A DNA stretch of 64,000 nucleotides, from positions 1,146 through 65,145 of the forward strand of contig JAFWBD010000047.1 of assembly GCA_017507325.1 (NCBI GenBank), in the 5' to 3' direction. The stretch comes from Clostridia bacterium. Its GTDB lineage: Bacteria; Bacillota; Clostridia; Oscillospirales; SIG627. The translations under genes were made by a program, and so were the position numbers. The notes under the pieces were generated by a model. The model worked only from the letters and a program-made list of their open reading frames with translations. It had not been told where the DNA came from and did not search any database. Positions 28,111-40,240 of this stretch are shown piece by piece (the first letter of the stretch is position 1; every line of letters begins with the position of its first letter).

Positions 28111-28198
28111 ATTTTCATTTTAAGAATCACGCCAAAGCTTTCCCAATCATTTTTTGCAAAAAAAATACCCTTCTTCGCCGTTTTTTATCAAAAAAATA

Positions 28199-28227
28199 TT
28201 GACGGAAAAGCAAGTTTTTATTATAAT
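28199..28227 (+). promoter_or_regulatory. Near-consensus sigma-70 promoter of the giant surface-protein gene
   Basis: TTGACG (28199-28204), a 17-nt spacer, then TATAAT (28222-28227). This implies a 5' UTR of about 105 nt before the AAAGGAG RBS. Confidence 0.65.
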
Positions 28228-28340
28228 TACTTTGAATAATCAGATCCTCGCTTGGCAAAAAAAGCTTGTTGTTTTCAAGCCTTTTCGTACTTCGAAGATC
28301 CGAACCACCCCTTTGTCTCAAAATATGAAAGGAGCAAACA

Positions 28341-31300
28341 ATGATCCCCAAAACCAGCTTTTCGAAGCGCGCAACCAGCCTGATTCTGGCAGTTGCCATT
28401 CTCTTCACCATGATCCCGATGGTCATTTCCACCGGTGCGGCCTCCGTAAACGGAAATCGTATATCGGATCCCTCCACCATGGATTCATGGAGAAACTACT
28501 TCCCCATTTCGGGAAATATTACCACCGAAAACGCAGGCGGCGTTTGGATGGATAAATCCGTCTTCACCGACGCCTCCGCTTTTGCGGGCCTCGGCATTAC
28601 GCAGGACAAGCAAAACAGCTTTTTGGTTGCCCTGTCCGCCATGGCCGCCAATATGAGCGTCACCGGAACCTCCAGTGTTCCTACCGATTCCATGCTGATT
28701 TTGGACGTCAGCGGAAGTATGAACGACGGGGAAAACGACGTGGCAGAGGAACTTGTGGAGGCTGCCAACGAAAGCATCGCCACCCTTTTGAATGCCAATG
28801 CAAAAAGCCGCGTGGGCGTTGTGCTGTATTCCGGCTCCTCTTCTTCCTCCACCAACTACACGTCTGCCGCTATGCTTCTTCTCCCCTTGGGTCGCTACGC
28901 CACGGGAGCAGACAACGAGTATCTGACCTACACCGTATCGGGAGGCAATGGCTCCACCACCGAGACCATCGGCATCGACCTTGACGTGGTATACGAGGGG
29001 AGCAGCACCAAGCCCACCTCCCTTTCCAAGGACGTTGTGGGAGCGACCTACATTCAGCGCGGCCTTGCCGTGGCTATGGAGGAATTTGTCAAGGCAGAGA
29101 ACGTGATCGCTTCCGCCGATCGCCGTAAGCCCGTTGTGGTTCTGATGTCCGACGGCGCTCCCTCTCTGGGCAGCACCAACTTTACCGATCCCGGAAACGG
29201 CCAGAACCGTGGGTTTAATATGGGCAGCGGCAGCGGAACCAGCGCCGCTCTCGGCTTTGTTTCTCAGCTGACCGCCTCTTATACCAAGGCAAAGATTGAG
29301 GAAAAATACGGCACCGAGGCACTGTTTTACACCCTGGGTCTCGGTCTCGGCTCCCGCGACAGCGTGGCTTTGAGCGTGATGGATCCTTCCAACCCCAACG
29401 GTTCCAACGCCGTGGACGATTTTTGGAATGAAAACCGTGCGGGAAACTGGTTCCAGTCCGCCTTCAAGGGCTACAATCACGTGAACGTGGGAGATCGGAT
29501 CGAGGTGGAGGACAACAAATATATCACCAAGATCGAAACGCCTTTGGAGCAGAATTACGTGGATCAGTACTTTGCCGCCAGCACCACCAATCTGGTGCAG
29601 GTATTCCAAAGCATTATCAGTATGATCCAGCTCCAATCCGCCTACTTCCCCACGCTGGTTTCCGAAAGCGAGGATCACTCGGGCTTCGTTTCCTTTGTGG
29701 ACCGCATCGGCAGCTATATGAGCGTTACCGATATCAAGGGCATTCTCATTCACGATCAGCTGTTCTCCGGTGCCGATCTTGCCTCTAACTTTGTGGCAGG
29801 TGGAGGAGAATTGGGCAGCGGAAGCGCGCCCACCGACTTGGGTCTGAAAATGGTGGAGGCCGTTCGCACAAGACTCGGCCTGCCAAACGACGACGTGGCA
29901 AGAGCGCTGATCTTTCTGGCCTATGAAAACGGGCAGCTCCGCTACACGAGCGCCGACGACTTTTCCAACTACATCGGTTGGTATGCCAACGCCGCAGGAG
30001 AATATCTGGGCTTCTATCACGAGGGTGTTACCACCCTTCCCGCTCCTACGGGAAATGCGGCCACCGACCCCGCCTTCATCATCCGCTCCTACGGCTACCT
30101 CGGTGAGGTGGACGAGAGCCACGGTGTGGTCAAATCCGATATGATGTTCGCCACCGTTCAGGTGCGCAAGAACATTGCCAGCGGAGAGGAATTGGTTACC
30201 TTTGCCGTTCCCGCAGCCTTGATCCCCACCGTAACCTACAAGGCAAGTCTGGATCGGGACGGAAACCTGTCCGAGCTTTCCGTGGAGGGTGCCACGAACC
30301 CCATCCGTCTGGTCTATGAGGTCGCCCTGGATGATTCGATCAATTCCTTCAACGTAAAAGAAATGGTATCGGCCGAGTATCTTGCCGATCCTCACAACGT
30401 CAACAGCGACGGCTCCGTGAACTTCTACACCAACCAGTGGGAGCATCAGAACACCACCGGTTACGGAACCGTAAACACCTACAGCTACTTCAACCCCTCC
30501 AGACAGAACGATAAGTACTATTATCAGGAGGATGCCACCGTTTACCGCAACGAGAGCGGTGCTCTTTATGAGGGCGATGCCCGTCCCGCGGATAACGAAA
30601 CCGTTTACCGCGCCATCAAGGTCTACACCAACAAGGGCGGTCTGAAAACCGAAACGCAGTACGTTCCCCTCTCTCTTGAAGCGAAAAGAACCTCCGTCCG
30701 CCGTAGCGACGGCTCTTGGTACGTGCCCAAGGGCAACGTGCACGTGGATATCAACGGCTTTACCGTTTACAAGGGCGGTCTGGAAACGGCCGATCCCACC
30801 CGGAACCTCACCGGTACGCTGGCAGAATCCTTCATTGCCTTCGTGGACACCCATAACCACAGCGTAGACGAGGCCGGCTATGAATTCTACGTAGGCGCCA
30901 CCCTCGGAAACAACGGCAAATACACCGTGATCCCCGAAACCGGCATCAAGCTGACCAAGACCATGGCCGACGGTGTCTCCGCCCCCTCCGATCCCTTCAC
31001 CTTCCATCTTTCCAATCTGACCGATCTTGCGGATAACACCGTTTATCCCGCATGGCACGTGGACGAAAACGGCATCGGGCAGGAGATCGGAATCGCCTTC
31101 ACGAGCGGAGTCGCCTCCGTGGAATTGAAGGCAGGCGAAGCCCTTTACATCGGCGGTATGACAAGCGGCGATATCATCGAGGTCCGCGAGGAAGAAACGG
31201 TGCTGTATCTTCCCACCGCAAGCGGCCTTTCCGCAAACGGAACCGTTACGGTGGCACAAAATGAGATGCGTGCCGTATCCTTTGTCAACGACACCCGAGG

Positions 31301-34300
31301 CACCGGCTCTCTGACCGTGACCAAGGAGATCAGCCATCAGCTCGGCGCTGATTACACGACCCCCGCAGACAAGGAATTTTCCGTTCAGGTCACCCTTTCG
31401 GGAATCGAAACGGCAAATCAAACCTTCCGTGCCAAGCTTTCCTCCGCTGCTGCCGAGAGCTCGGTTCAGACCGATGCCAACGGAAGCTTCCGCTTCACGC
31501 TGAAGGACGGTGAGCGGCTGGAGATTTTCGACATTCCAAACGGCACCGTTGCCGCGGTCGTCGAAGAAAATCCCGGCACGGGCTTTACCCCCACCTATTT
31601 TGAAAACGACAGTCTCGGAGACGGTATTCTGACCGTGCAGGATTCCGTTTTCGTAGAAATCATCAACAGCTACGTTGCCCTTCCTACCACGCCCGCCGAC
31701 AAAATTACGCTGAGCGGAACCAAAGACTATCTCAACGAGGACGGCTCCAACGCTTGGCTCAACAGCTCCCTGAGCTTCGAATTCGCTCTGGAAAAAGCCA
31801 CGGCAAACGGCTGGGATCGAATCGGCACCGCATTTGCCACCGGCTCGGCACCCTCCTTCTCCTTTGATCTTTCCTCGGAAAGCTATACGGCCGTAGGAGC
31901 TTATACCTACCGCATCGTGGAAATCATTCCCGATAGCCGTGAACCCGGTCTCCTTTACGATACCACCGAGCACAGCTTTACCGTGATCGTGACCGATGCG
32001 GATATGGACGGTGCTCTGGAGATCAGCAGTGTGATCTCCGATCACGATTCTCATCACATCACCTACAACGAAAGCGAAAAGAAATGGGCCGTTCGGGCTG
32101 ACTTTGTCAACACCCATTACGCCGAAGCTCCCGCACCGCTTTCCCTTCATTTCCTCAAGCAATTCGATAACAAATCTCAATCTCCCCTTTCCTACAGCGG
32201 ATTCCTCTTCCTTCTGTTTTCCGATGCCGAATGCACCACCCCTGCAAAGGCTGAAAACGGAATCGAAAGCATCAACTACGTTGCCACCGCTTCGAACGGC
32301 AAGGGCAAGATCGATCTGGTGTTTGACGAGGCCGGAAGCTACACCTTCTGGGCCAAGGAGGATCCCTCCGGCATCCTCGGTATGCAGGACAGCAGCCAGG
32401 TCGTGAAGATCGACGTGACCGTCACGCAAAAAGGCTCCGCGCTGGAGGCCGTCGCGGTCTACAGCATTCCGACCAATACCGCCGGCGAATTGGTTTACAC
32501 CAACACCTACGATCCCACCGACGCCGTTTTGAATCTGACCGCTTCCAAGGTCATCATCGGAAGAGATATGAAGGATGGCGAGATCTTCACCTTCGAGTTG
32601 GCCTCCTCCGACAACAGCGGCGAAGTGATCCGCGGCAGCATTCGCGATCTGAAAAACGGTGTTCCCGCCGAGATCCAATTTGAAAAGGCTTTGCGCTTTG
32701 AGAAGGTCGGCCAATACCGCTATCACCTGACCGAAACCACCTCAAGTGCCGACGGTCTCACCGCAGACGGAACCACGTTCCACATTCTGGTCACCGTAAG
32801 CGATCAAAACGGAACCTTGGTAGCCGACTATCAGGTTCTGAACCACAGCGATGACAGCATTCTCTTCACCAACCGCTACAGCGCTCAAAGCACCACCTAC
32901 ACCGTAACGGGTGAAAAGGTTTTAGAGGGCAAGCCTCTTCTCAACGATGAATTCACCTTCGAAATGGTGGAGGCTGACGAGAACGGCAATCCGAAGGCGG
33001 GCGGTGCAAGATACACCGTGAAAAACGACGCTGACGGCTCCTTTGCCTTTGAGGCGCTCCGCTTCACCAAGGCGGGCAGCTACCATTATCTCATCAGCGA
33101 AATCCCCCACGGTGCGGAAAACGGCATCGTTTACGATACCGCAAAGCATCTGATCCGCATTGACGTCAGCGATGATCTCAGCGGCAATCTGGTTGCCAAC
33201 GCCACCCTGCCCCAAGGCGGGATCCGCTTTGTCAACCGCTACGTTCCCGCTCCCACCTCCGTGACGGTTTCCGGCAACAAGGTTCTTCTGGGGCAGACCC
33301 TCGGAGAGGATTTTGAATTCGAGCTGTACGAGTGGAAGGAGAACGGAACGATCGGCGAAAAGCTTGAGACCGTGAAAAACAACGCCGACGGCTCCTTTGT
33401 CTTCACCAAGTTCGGTACCCTGAACCCCGCAAGCGGCAAATGGGAATTGACAGAGGCCAAGAGCTACTACTTTATGATCCGCGAGGTAGGCGGCGGACAG
33501 GATATTGACGGTATTCTGTACGATAGCACCGTCTATTACATCCGAATCGACGTAGAGGACAACCACAACGGTCTTTTGATCGCTTCGGTTCACGCATACG
33601 ATCAAAACATGCTTCCTCAAATGGGCATTGATTTTGAAAACGAATACCGCGTCACCGAGGGCGACAGCATTCAGCTCGGCGGCTCCAAGGACATCAGCGG
33701 ACGGGAAATGACCTCCTCCGACGTATTCACCTTCGAAATTTACGCATCCGATGAAAACGGAACCCTCGGCGAGAAGCTTTCAAGCACGCAGAACAGCGGA
33801 AAGAATTTCGCCTTCACCCTTTCCTACACGCCCGATGACGTCGGTAAGACCTTCTACTACCTGGTGAAGGAAGCCCTCGGCGGCACCACCGTAGATCGCG
33901 TGACCTACGACAACAGCGTATATCTGGTGTCCGTTACGGTCAAAGACGGCGGCAAGGGAAAGATCCTGATCGAGGATCCCGTGATCGTCAAGAAGGGCTC
34001 CGATTCCCCCACGACTCTCTCCTTTGTCAACGTATTCACCCCCAAGCCCGCCGATGCAAGCCTTGATATTTCCGCAAACAAGGTCCTTCTGGGCAGAGAT
34101 ATGAAGGTGGGCGAGGTCTTCACCTTTGAGCTTTGTGCCATTGCAAACGGCGCTCAGCCCATTCTCGGAACGGTTCGCGGAGCCAAAAACGGCGTGGCAT
34201 GTGCCATCGTCTTCGAAAAATCCCTCAGCTTCTCCGAGGAGGGCGAATACCATTACACCCTGAAGGAAACCACCGCAGACGGCAACGGCTTGAAGGTTGA

Positions 34301-35705
34301 CAAGACCGTTTACGAAATCGTGGTGACGGTAGAAGAGGTAAACGGACGGTATGAGATCGATTACACCGTAACGGGCCAGACCTCCCCCGTGATCTCCTTT
34401 ACCAACACCTACACCGCAAAAGAAGCCACCGCCACCTTGAGCGGCAAGAAGTATCTGAACGGAAACGCCTCCGAAAAACCCTTCTCCTTCAATCTCTACG
34501 AGTCCAATTCCAATTGGACCTTCGGCGAAAAGATCGAAACGGCAGAGAACGGAAGCGACGGCATCTTCACCTTCACCAAGCTCGGTATCAAGAACGGCGA
34601 CGGCGACTTCACCTTCACCCGAGTCGGCAGCTACTACTACCTGATCCGTGAGGAGGGCGCCGGTCAAGACGTTGACGGCATTCTCTACGATTCCGCCGTG
34701 ATCCGCGTTCGCGTTGACGTCAGCGACGACGGGAACGGACAGCTGGTTGCCACGGTCCATCTCCTGGATGAAAACGGTCAGCCCAAGGAGGCTCGCTTCG
34801 ATAACCTGTACCGCGTGACCGAGGGCTGCACGGCAGAGCTTGGCGGCAAGAAGGAAATGAGCGGACGGGAAATGACCTCTTCCGACGTATTCACCTTCGA
34901 GATTTACGCATCCGATGAAAACGGAGCCCTTGGCGAAAAGCTCCAAAGCGTGCAGAACAGCGGCAAGGACTTCAAGTTCACCCTCAACTTCAAGCCCGAG
35001 GATGCCGGCAAGACCCTCTACTACCTGGTGAAGGAAGCCCTCGGCGGTACCACCGCAGATCGCGTGACCTACGACGACAGCGTATATCTGGTTTCCATCA
35101 AAGCAAAGGACGGCGGGGGCGGCGTTCTGGTAACCGAGGCTCCCGTGATCGTAAAGAAGGGCGGCACTGCTCCCGCAGAGCTGATCTTCCGCAACGTATT
35201 CACTCCCAAGCCCGCTGATCTGAGCGTTAGCATTCAGGCTCAGAAGACGGTGAAAAACGAGGGGAACGGCACTCCCATCGGACCCGAAGGATTCGAGTTT
35301 GTGCTGGAGGATATCGCCACCCGAAACACCGTGACCAAGGTCTCCGATGAAAACGGTCTGGCTCAATTTGCGCTGACCTTCTCGGAGGATGACATTGGCA
35401 GCACCTTCCGTTATACCTTGAGCGAAAAGGACGGCGGAAACGAAAAGATTACCTACAGCAAGGCAGTCTACGAAATCAGCATCACCATTTCTCTCGGAAG
35501 CGACAACAAGCTGGTTGCCACCGTTTCCGACGGAACCAATACGGCTGACAGCTTTGTCGGTGCCTTTGAAAACGTTTACGACTCAAACGAGGCACCCCCC
35601 ATGGGCGACAGCAGCAATCTTTCCCTTTATTTGACCATGATGATCCTCAGCGGCGGCGCCGTTCTCACCATGGCGGCCAAGGGTAAGAAGAAGCGCGCTC
35701 GCTAA
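28341..35705 (+). CDS. Giant cell-surface adhesin-like protein (2454 aa): signal peptide, VWA domain, Cna-B/Ig-like region, 10 Spy0128/FctA-type isopeptide modules and a C-terminal hydrophobic anchor with a basic tail
   Basis: The signal peptide reads MIPKTSFSKRATSLILAVAILFTMIPMVISTGAAS. The VWA MIDAS motif is LILDVSGSMN, with ...VVVLMSDGAP further on. Ten modules of about 125 aa each carry Lys (e.g. VTGEKVL), Glu (YHYLISE) and Asn (IRFVNRY) triad positions. The C-terminus reads ...EAPPMGDSSNLSLYLTMMILSGGAVLTMAAKGKKKRAR. Confidence 0.9.
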   Translation: MIPKTSFSKRATSLILAVAILFTMIPMVISTGAASVNGNRISDPSTMDSWRNYFPISGNITTENAGGVWMDKSVFTDASAFAGLGITQDKQNSFLVALSAMAANMSVTGTSSVPTDSMLILDVSGSMNDGENDVAEELVEAANESIATLLNANAKSRVGVVLYSGSSSSSTNYTSAAMLLLPLGRYATGADNEYLTYTVSGGNGSTTETIGIDLDVVYEGSSTKPTSLSKDVVGATYIQRGLAVAMEEFVKAENVIASADRRKPVVVLMSDGAPSLGSTNFTDPGNGQNRGFNMGSGSGTSAALGFVSQLTASYTKAKIEEKYGTEALFYTLGLGLGSRDSVALSVMDPSNPNGSNAVDDFWNENRAGNWFQSAFKGYNHVNVGDRIEVEDNKYITKIETPLEQNYVDQYFAASTTNLVQVFQSIISMIQLQSAYFPTLVSESEDHSGFVSFVDRIGSYMSVTDIKGILIHDQLFSGADLASNFVAGGGELGSGSAPTDLGLKMVEAVRTRLGLPNDDVARALIFLAYENGQLRYTSADDFSNYIGWYANAAGEYLGFYHEGVTTLPAPTGNAATDPAFIIRSYGYLGEVDESHGVVKSDMMFATVQVRKNIASGEELVTFAVPAALIPTVTYKASLDRDGNLSELSVEGATNPIRLVYEVALDDSINSFNVKEMVSAEYLADPHNVNSDGSVNFYTNQWEHQNTTGYGTVNTYSYFNPSRQNDKYYYQEDATVYRNESGALYEGDARPADNETVYRAIKVYTNKGGLKTETQYVPLSLEAKRTSVRRSDGSWYVPKGNVHVDINGFTVYKGGLETADPTRNLTGTLAESFIAFVDTHNHSVDEAGYEFYVGATLGNNGKYTVIPETGIKLTKTMADGVSAPSDPFTFHLSNLTDLADNTVYPAWHVDENGIGQEIGIAFTSGVASVELKAGEALYIGGMTSGDIIEVREEETVLYLPTASGLSANGTVTVAQNEMRAVSFVNDTRGTGSLTVTKEISHQLGADYTTPADKEFSVQVTLSGIETANQTFRAKLSSAAAESSVQTDANGSFRFTLKDGERLEIFDIPNGTVAAVVEENPGTGFTPTYFENDSLGDGILTVQDSVFVEIINSYVALPTTPADKITLSGTKDYLNEDGSNAWLNSSLSFEFALEKATANGWDRIGTAFATGSAPSFSFDLSSESYTAVGAYTYRIVEIIPDSREPGLLYDTTEHSFTVIVTDADMDGALEISSVISDHDSHHITYNESEKKWAVRADFVNTHYAEAPAPLSLHFLKQFDNKSQSPLSYSGFLFLLFSDAECTTPAKAENGIESINYVATASNGKGKIDLVFDEAGSYTFWAKEDPSGILGMQDSSQVVKIDVTVTQKGSALEAVAVYSIPTNTAGELVYTNTYDPTDAVLNLTASKVIIGRDMKDGEIFTFELASSDNSGEVIRGSIRDLKNGVPAEIQFEKALRFEKVGQYRYHLTETTSSADGLTADGTTFHILVTVSDQNGTLVADYQVLNHSDDSILFTNRYSAQSTTYTVTGEKVLEGKPLLNDEFTFEMVEADENGNPKAGGARYTVKNDADGSFAFEALRFTKAGSYHYLISEIPHGAENGIVYDTAKHLIRIDVSDDLSGNLVANATLPQGGIRFVNRYVPAPTSVTVSGNKVLLGQTLGEDFEFELYEWKENGTIGEKLETVKNNADGSFVFTKFGTLNPASGKWELTEAKSYYFMIREVGGGQDIDGILYDSTVYYIRIDVEDNHNGLLIASVHAYDQNMLPQMGIDFENEYRVTEGDSIQLGGSKDISGREMTSSDVFTFEIYASDENGTLGEKLSSTQNSGKNFAFTLSYTPDDVGKTFYYLVKEALGGTTVDRVTYDNSVYLVSVTVKDGGKGKILIEDPVIVKKGSDSPTTLSFVNVFTPKPADASLDISANKVLLGRDMKVGEVFTFELCAIANGAQPILGTVRGAKNGVACAIVFEKSLSFSEEGEYHYTLKETTADGNGLKVDKTVYEIVVTVEEVNGRYEIDYTVTGQTSPVISFTNTYTAKEATATLSGKKYLNGNASEKPFSFNLYESNSNWTFGEKIETAENGSDGIFTFTKLGIKNGDGDFTFTRVGSYYYLIREEGAGQDVDGILYDSAVIRVRVDVSDDGNGQLVATVHLLDENGQPKEARFDNLYRVTEGCTAELGGKKEMSGREMTSSDVFTFEIYASDENGALGEKLQSVQNSGKDFKFTLNFKPEDAGKTLYYLVKEALGGTTADRVTYDDSVYLVSIKAKDGGGGVLVTEAPVIVKKGGTAPAELIFRNVFTPKPADLSVSIQAQKTVKNEGNGTPIGPEGFEFVLEDIATRNTVTKVSDENGLAQFALTFSEDDIGSTFRYTLSEKDGGNEKITYSKAVYEISITISLGSDNKLVATVSDGTNTADSFVGAFENVYDSNEAPPMGDSSNLSLYLTMMILSGGAVLTMAAKGKKKRAR
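31700..35580 (+). repeat. Intragenic tandem array of 10 isopeptide-type modules, including a higher-order duplication (A-B-C-D / A'-C'-D')
   Basis: The protein-level periodicity is described above. At DNA level, module D (33645-34055) and module D' (34808-35220) are closely similar. 33696-33761 and 34860-34925 differ at only 2 positions. Confidence 0.85.
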
Positions 35706-35715
35706 GAGAGCATAG

Positions 35716-38682
<2,967 letters not shown>

Positions 38683-38703
38683 AATCACTCTTTGCCGAAT
38701 CGG

Positions 38704-38733
38704 TTGACTTTCCTTTCCCGAATGTGATATACT
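38704..38733 (+). promoter_or_regulatory. Candidate promoter of the sugar-transferase gene
   Basis: TTGACT (38704-38709), an 18-nt spacer ending in TGa, then TATACT (38728-38733). Confidence 0.5.
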
Positions 38734-38770
38734 GTTAGGGCTGTCGAAAAAAACAAAAGGAGGTGAAAAA

Positions 38771-40171
38771 ATGAAACGAAAAATTCTGCGCGAGGACGTG
38801 CGAGTGGTGTTTCGCGGGCTCAGCTGTCTTTTGGAGATCCTGCTGCTTTGCGTGATCTATTATTTGGTGTGGCGGAAGGGCTACGAAAACGAAAATTTTC
38901 CCGATTATTACGTTCGGGGAAAATACGTGCTTGCGGGGCTGTACGGACTGCTTCTTTCCCTTTTGTTCGGAAGCCTGGAGGGCTTTCTCTTCGATCAGAA
39001 GCGAAGCTTCGATTTGGTTTTGGGGCAGATCATCGCCTTGATCATCGTTAATTTTTTCACCTATTTTCAATTGTCCCTCATTGCCAACCATTTGATCTCC
39101 CCCGTGCCTATGCTCTTTTTGCTGGTGCTGGAAATTGCGGTGGCGGTGCTTTTGATCATCGCCTTTACGCGGTTTTTCCGTTTTCTTTACGCTCCGCAGA
39201 AGATGCTCTTGGTTTACGGATCCGACGATGCGGTGTCCTTAAAGATCAAAATGGATACCCGCAGGGACAAATTCAACGTCACCGATCTGATCTCCCACAA
39301 GGAGGGGTATGACGCCATTTGCCGTCGGATCGAGAGCTTTGACGCCGTCATTCTCAACGATCTGCCCGCCCGTCTGCGGAACGATCTGATCAAATTCTGC
39401 TACCGCAAGAATTTGGCGGTGTACGTGGTTCCCAAAATCTCCGACATTTTGGTTCGGGGCGGCAAGACCGTCACCCTCTTTGATACCCCCTTGATCCAGA
39501 TCAAAAAGGCGGGAATCGATCTGCATCAGCGCGCCGTCAAGCGTTTGATGGATATTGTTCTGAGCCTTGTGATCCTGCTTCTTACTTCTCCCCTTCTCAT
39601 TGGGGTGGCCATTGCCATCAAATGTGAGGACAAAGGCCCCATTTTCTTCAAGCAAAAGAGGCTTTCTCTCGGGGGGAAGGAATTTGATATTCTCAAATTC
39701 CGAAGTATGATCCCCAATGCGGAGCGGATCACAGGTGCAGTGCTTTCTGCGGGAAAGAGCGATCCCCGCATTACCCGTGTGGGCCGCTTTGTCCGTGCCA
39801 CGCGCCTGGATGAGCTCCCCCAATTCATCAACATTCTCAAAGGGGATATGAGCATTGTGGGTCCCCGACCCGAGCGTCGAGTCTTTGTAGAGGAATTTCA
39901 AAAGACCATTCCCGAATTCGAATTTCGCACCAAGGTAAAGGGCGGTCTGACGGGCTTTGCTCAGATCTACGGAAAATACAACACCTCCCCCTATGACAAA
40001 TTACGCCTGGATCTGATGTATATTGAAAACTATTCCCTCCTATTGGATCTGCGCTTGATCCTTCTGACGGTGAAGATCATTTTCAGCAAAGAAAGCACCG
40101 AGGGAACCGATCTGGCCAAAAAAACGGAAGAGGAGCGGGATGCGCTTCTGAAAAAAATGAAAAAGAATTGA
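38771..40171 (+). CDS. Polyprenyl glycosylphosphotransferase (WbaP/EpsL-type priming sugar transferase)
   Basis: N-terminal TM helices are followed by a C-terminal bacterial sugar-transferase domain (GPIFFKQKRLSLGGKEFDILKFRSM ... DELPQFINILKGDMSIVGPRPE). Confidence 0.9.
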   Translation: MKRKILREDVRVVFRGLSCLLEILLLCVIYYLVWRKGYENENFPDYYVRGKYVLAGLYGLLLSLLFGSLEGFLFDQKRSFDLVLGQIIALIIVNFFTYFQLSLIANHLISPVPMLFLLVLEIAVAVLLIIAFTRFFRFLYAPQKMLLVYGSDDAVSLKIKMDTRRDKFNVTDLISHKEGYDAICRRIESFDAVILNDLPARLRNDLIKFCYRKNLAVYVVPKISDILVRGGKTVTLFDTPLIQIKKAGIDLHQRAVKRLMDIVLSLVILLLTSPLLIGVAIAIKCEDKGPIFFKQKRLSLGGKEFDILKFRSMIPNAERITGAVLSAGKSDPRITRVGRFVRATRLDELPQFINILKGDMSIVGPRPERRVFVEEFQKTIPEFEFRTKVKGGLTGFAQIYGKYNTSPYDKLRLDLMYIENYSLLLDLRLILLTVKIIFSKESTEGTDLAKKTEEERDALLKKMKKN

Positions 40172-40184
40172 TCCGGAAAAGAAG

Positions 40185-40225
40185 AGAGAGTCAGCGGCAT
40201 TGTGTAACCGTTGACTCTCTTTTTT
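40185..40225. terminator. Bidirectional terminator between the sugar transferase (+) and GH28 (-)
   Basis: A 13-bp stem (40185-40197 pairing with 40208-40220, one G-U pair). T5 follows downstream and an A/G-rich run lies upstream. Confidence 0.6.
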
Positions 40226-40240
40226 CGTATTCAAATTCCT

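Noticed and set aside
28485-32726. A 1413-aa ORF on the minus strand, antisense to the giant adhesin gene. Two further antisense ORFs lie at 32922-33620 and 33780-35366.
   Set aside because: The translation is low-complexity (Gly/Val/Ala/His-rich) with no motifs, RBS or promoter. It mirrors the strong codon periodicity of a sense gene that has unmistakable domains (VWA, isopeptide modules). Long stop-free antisense frames are expected in GC3-rich genes.
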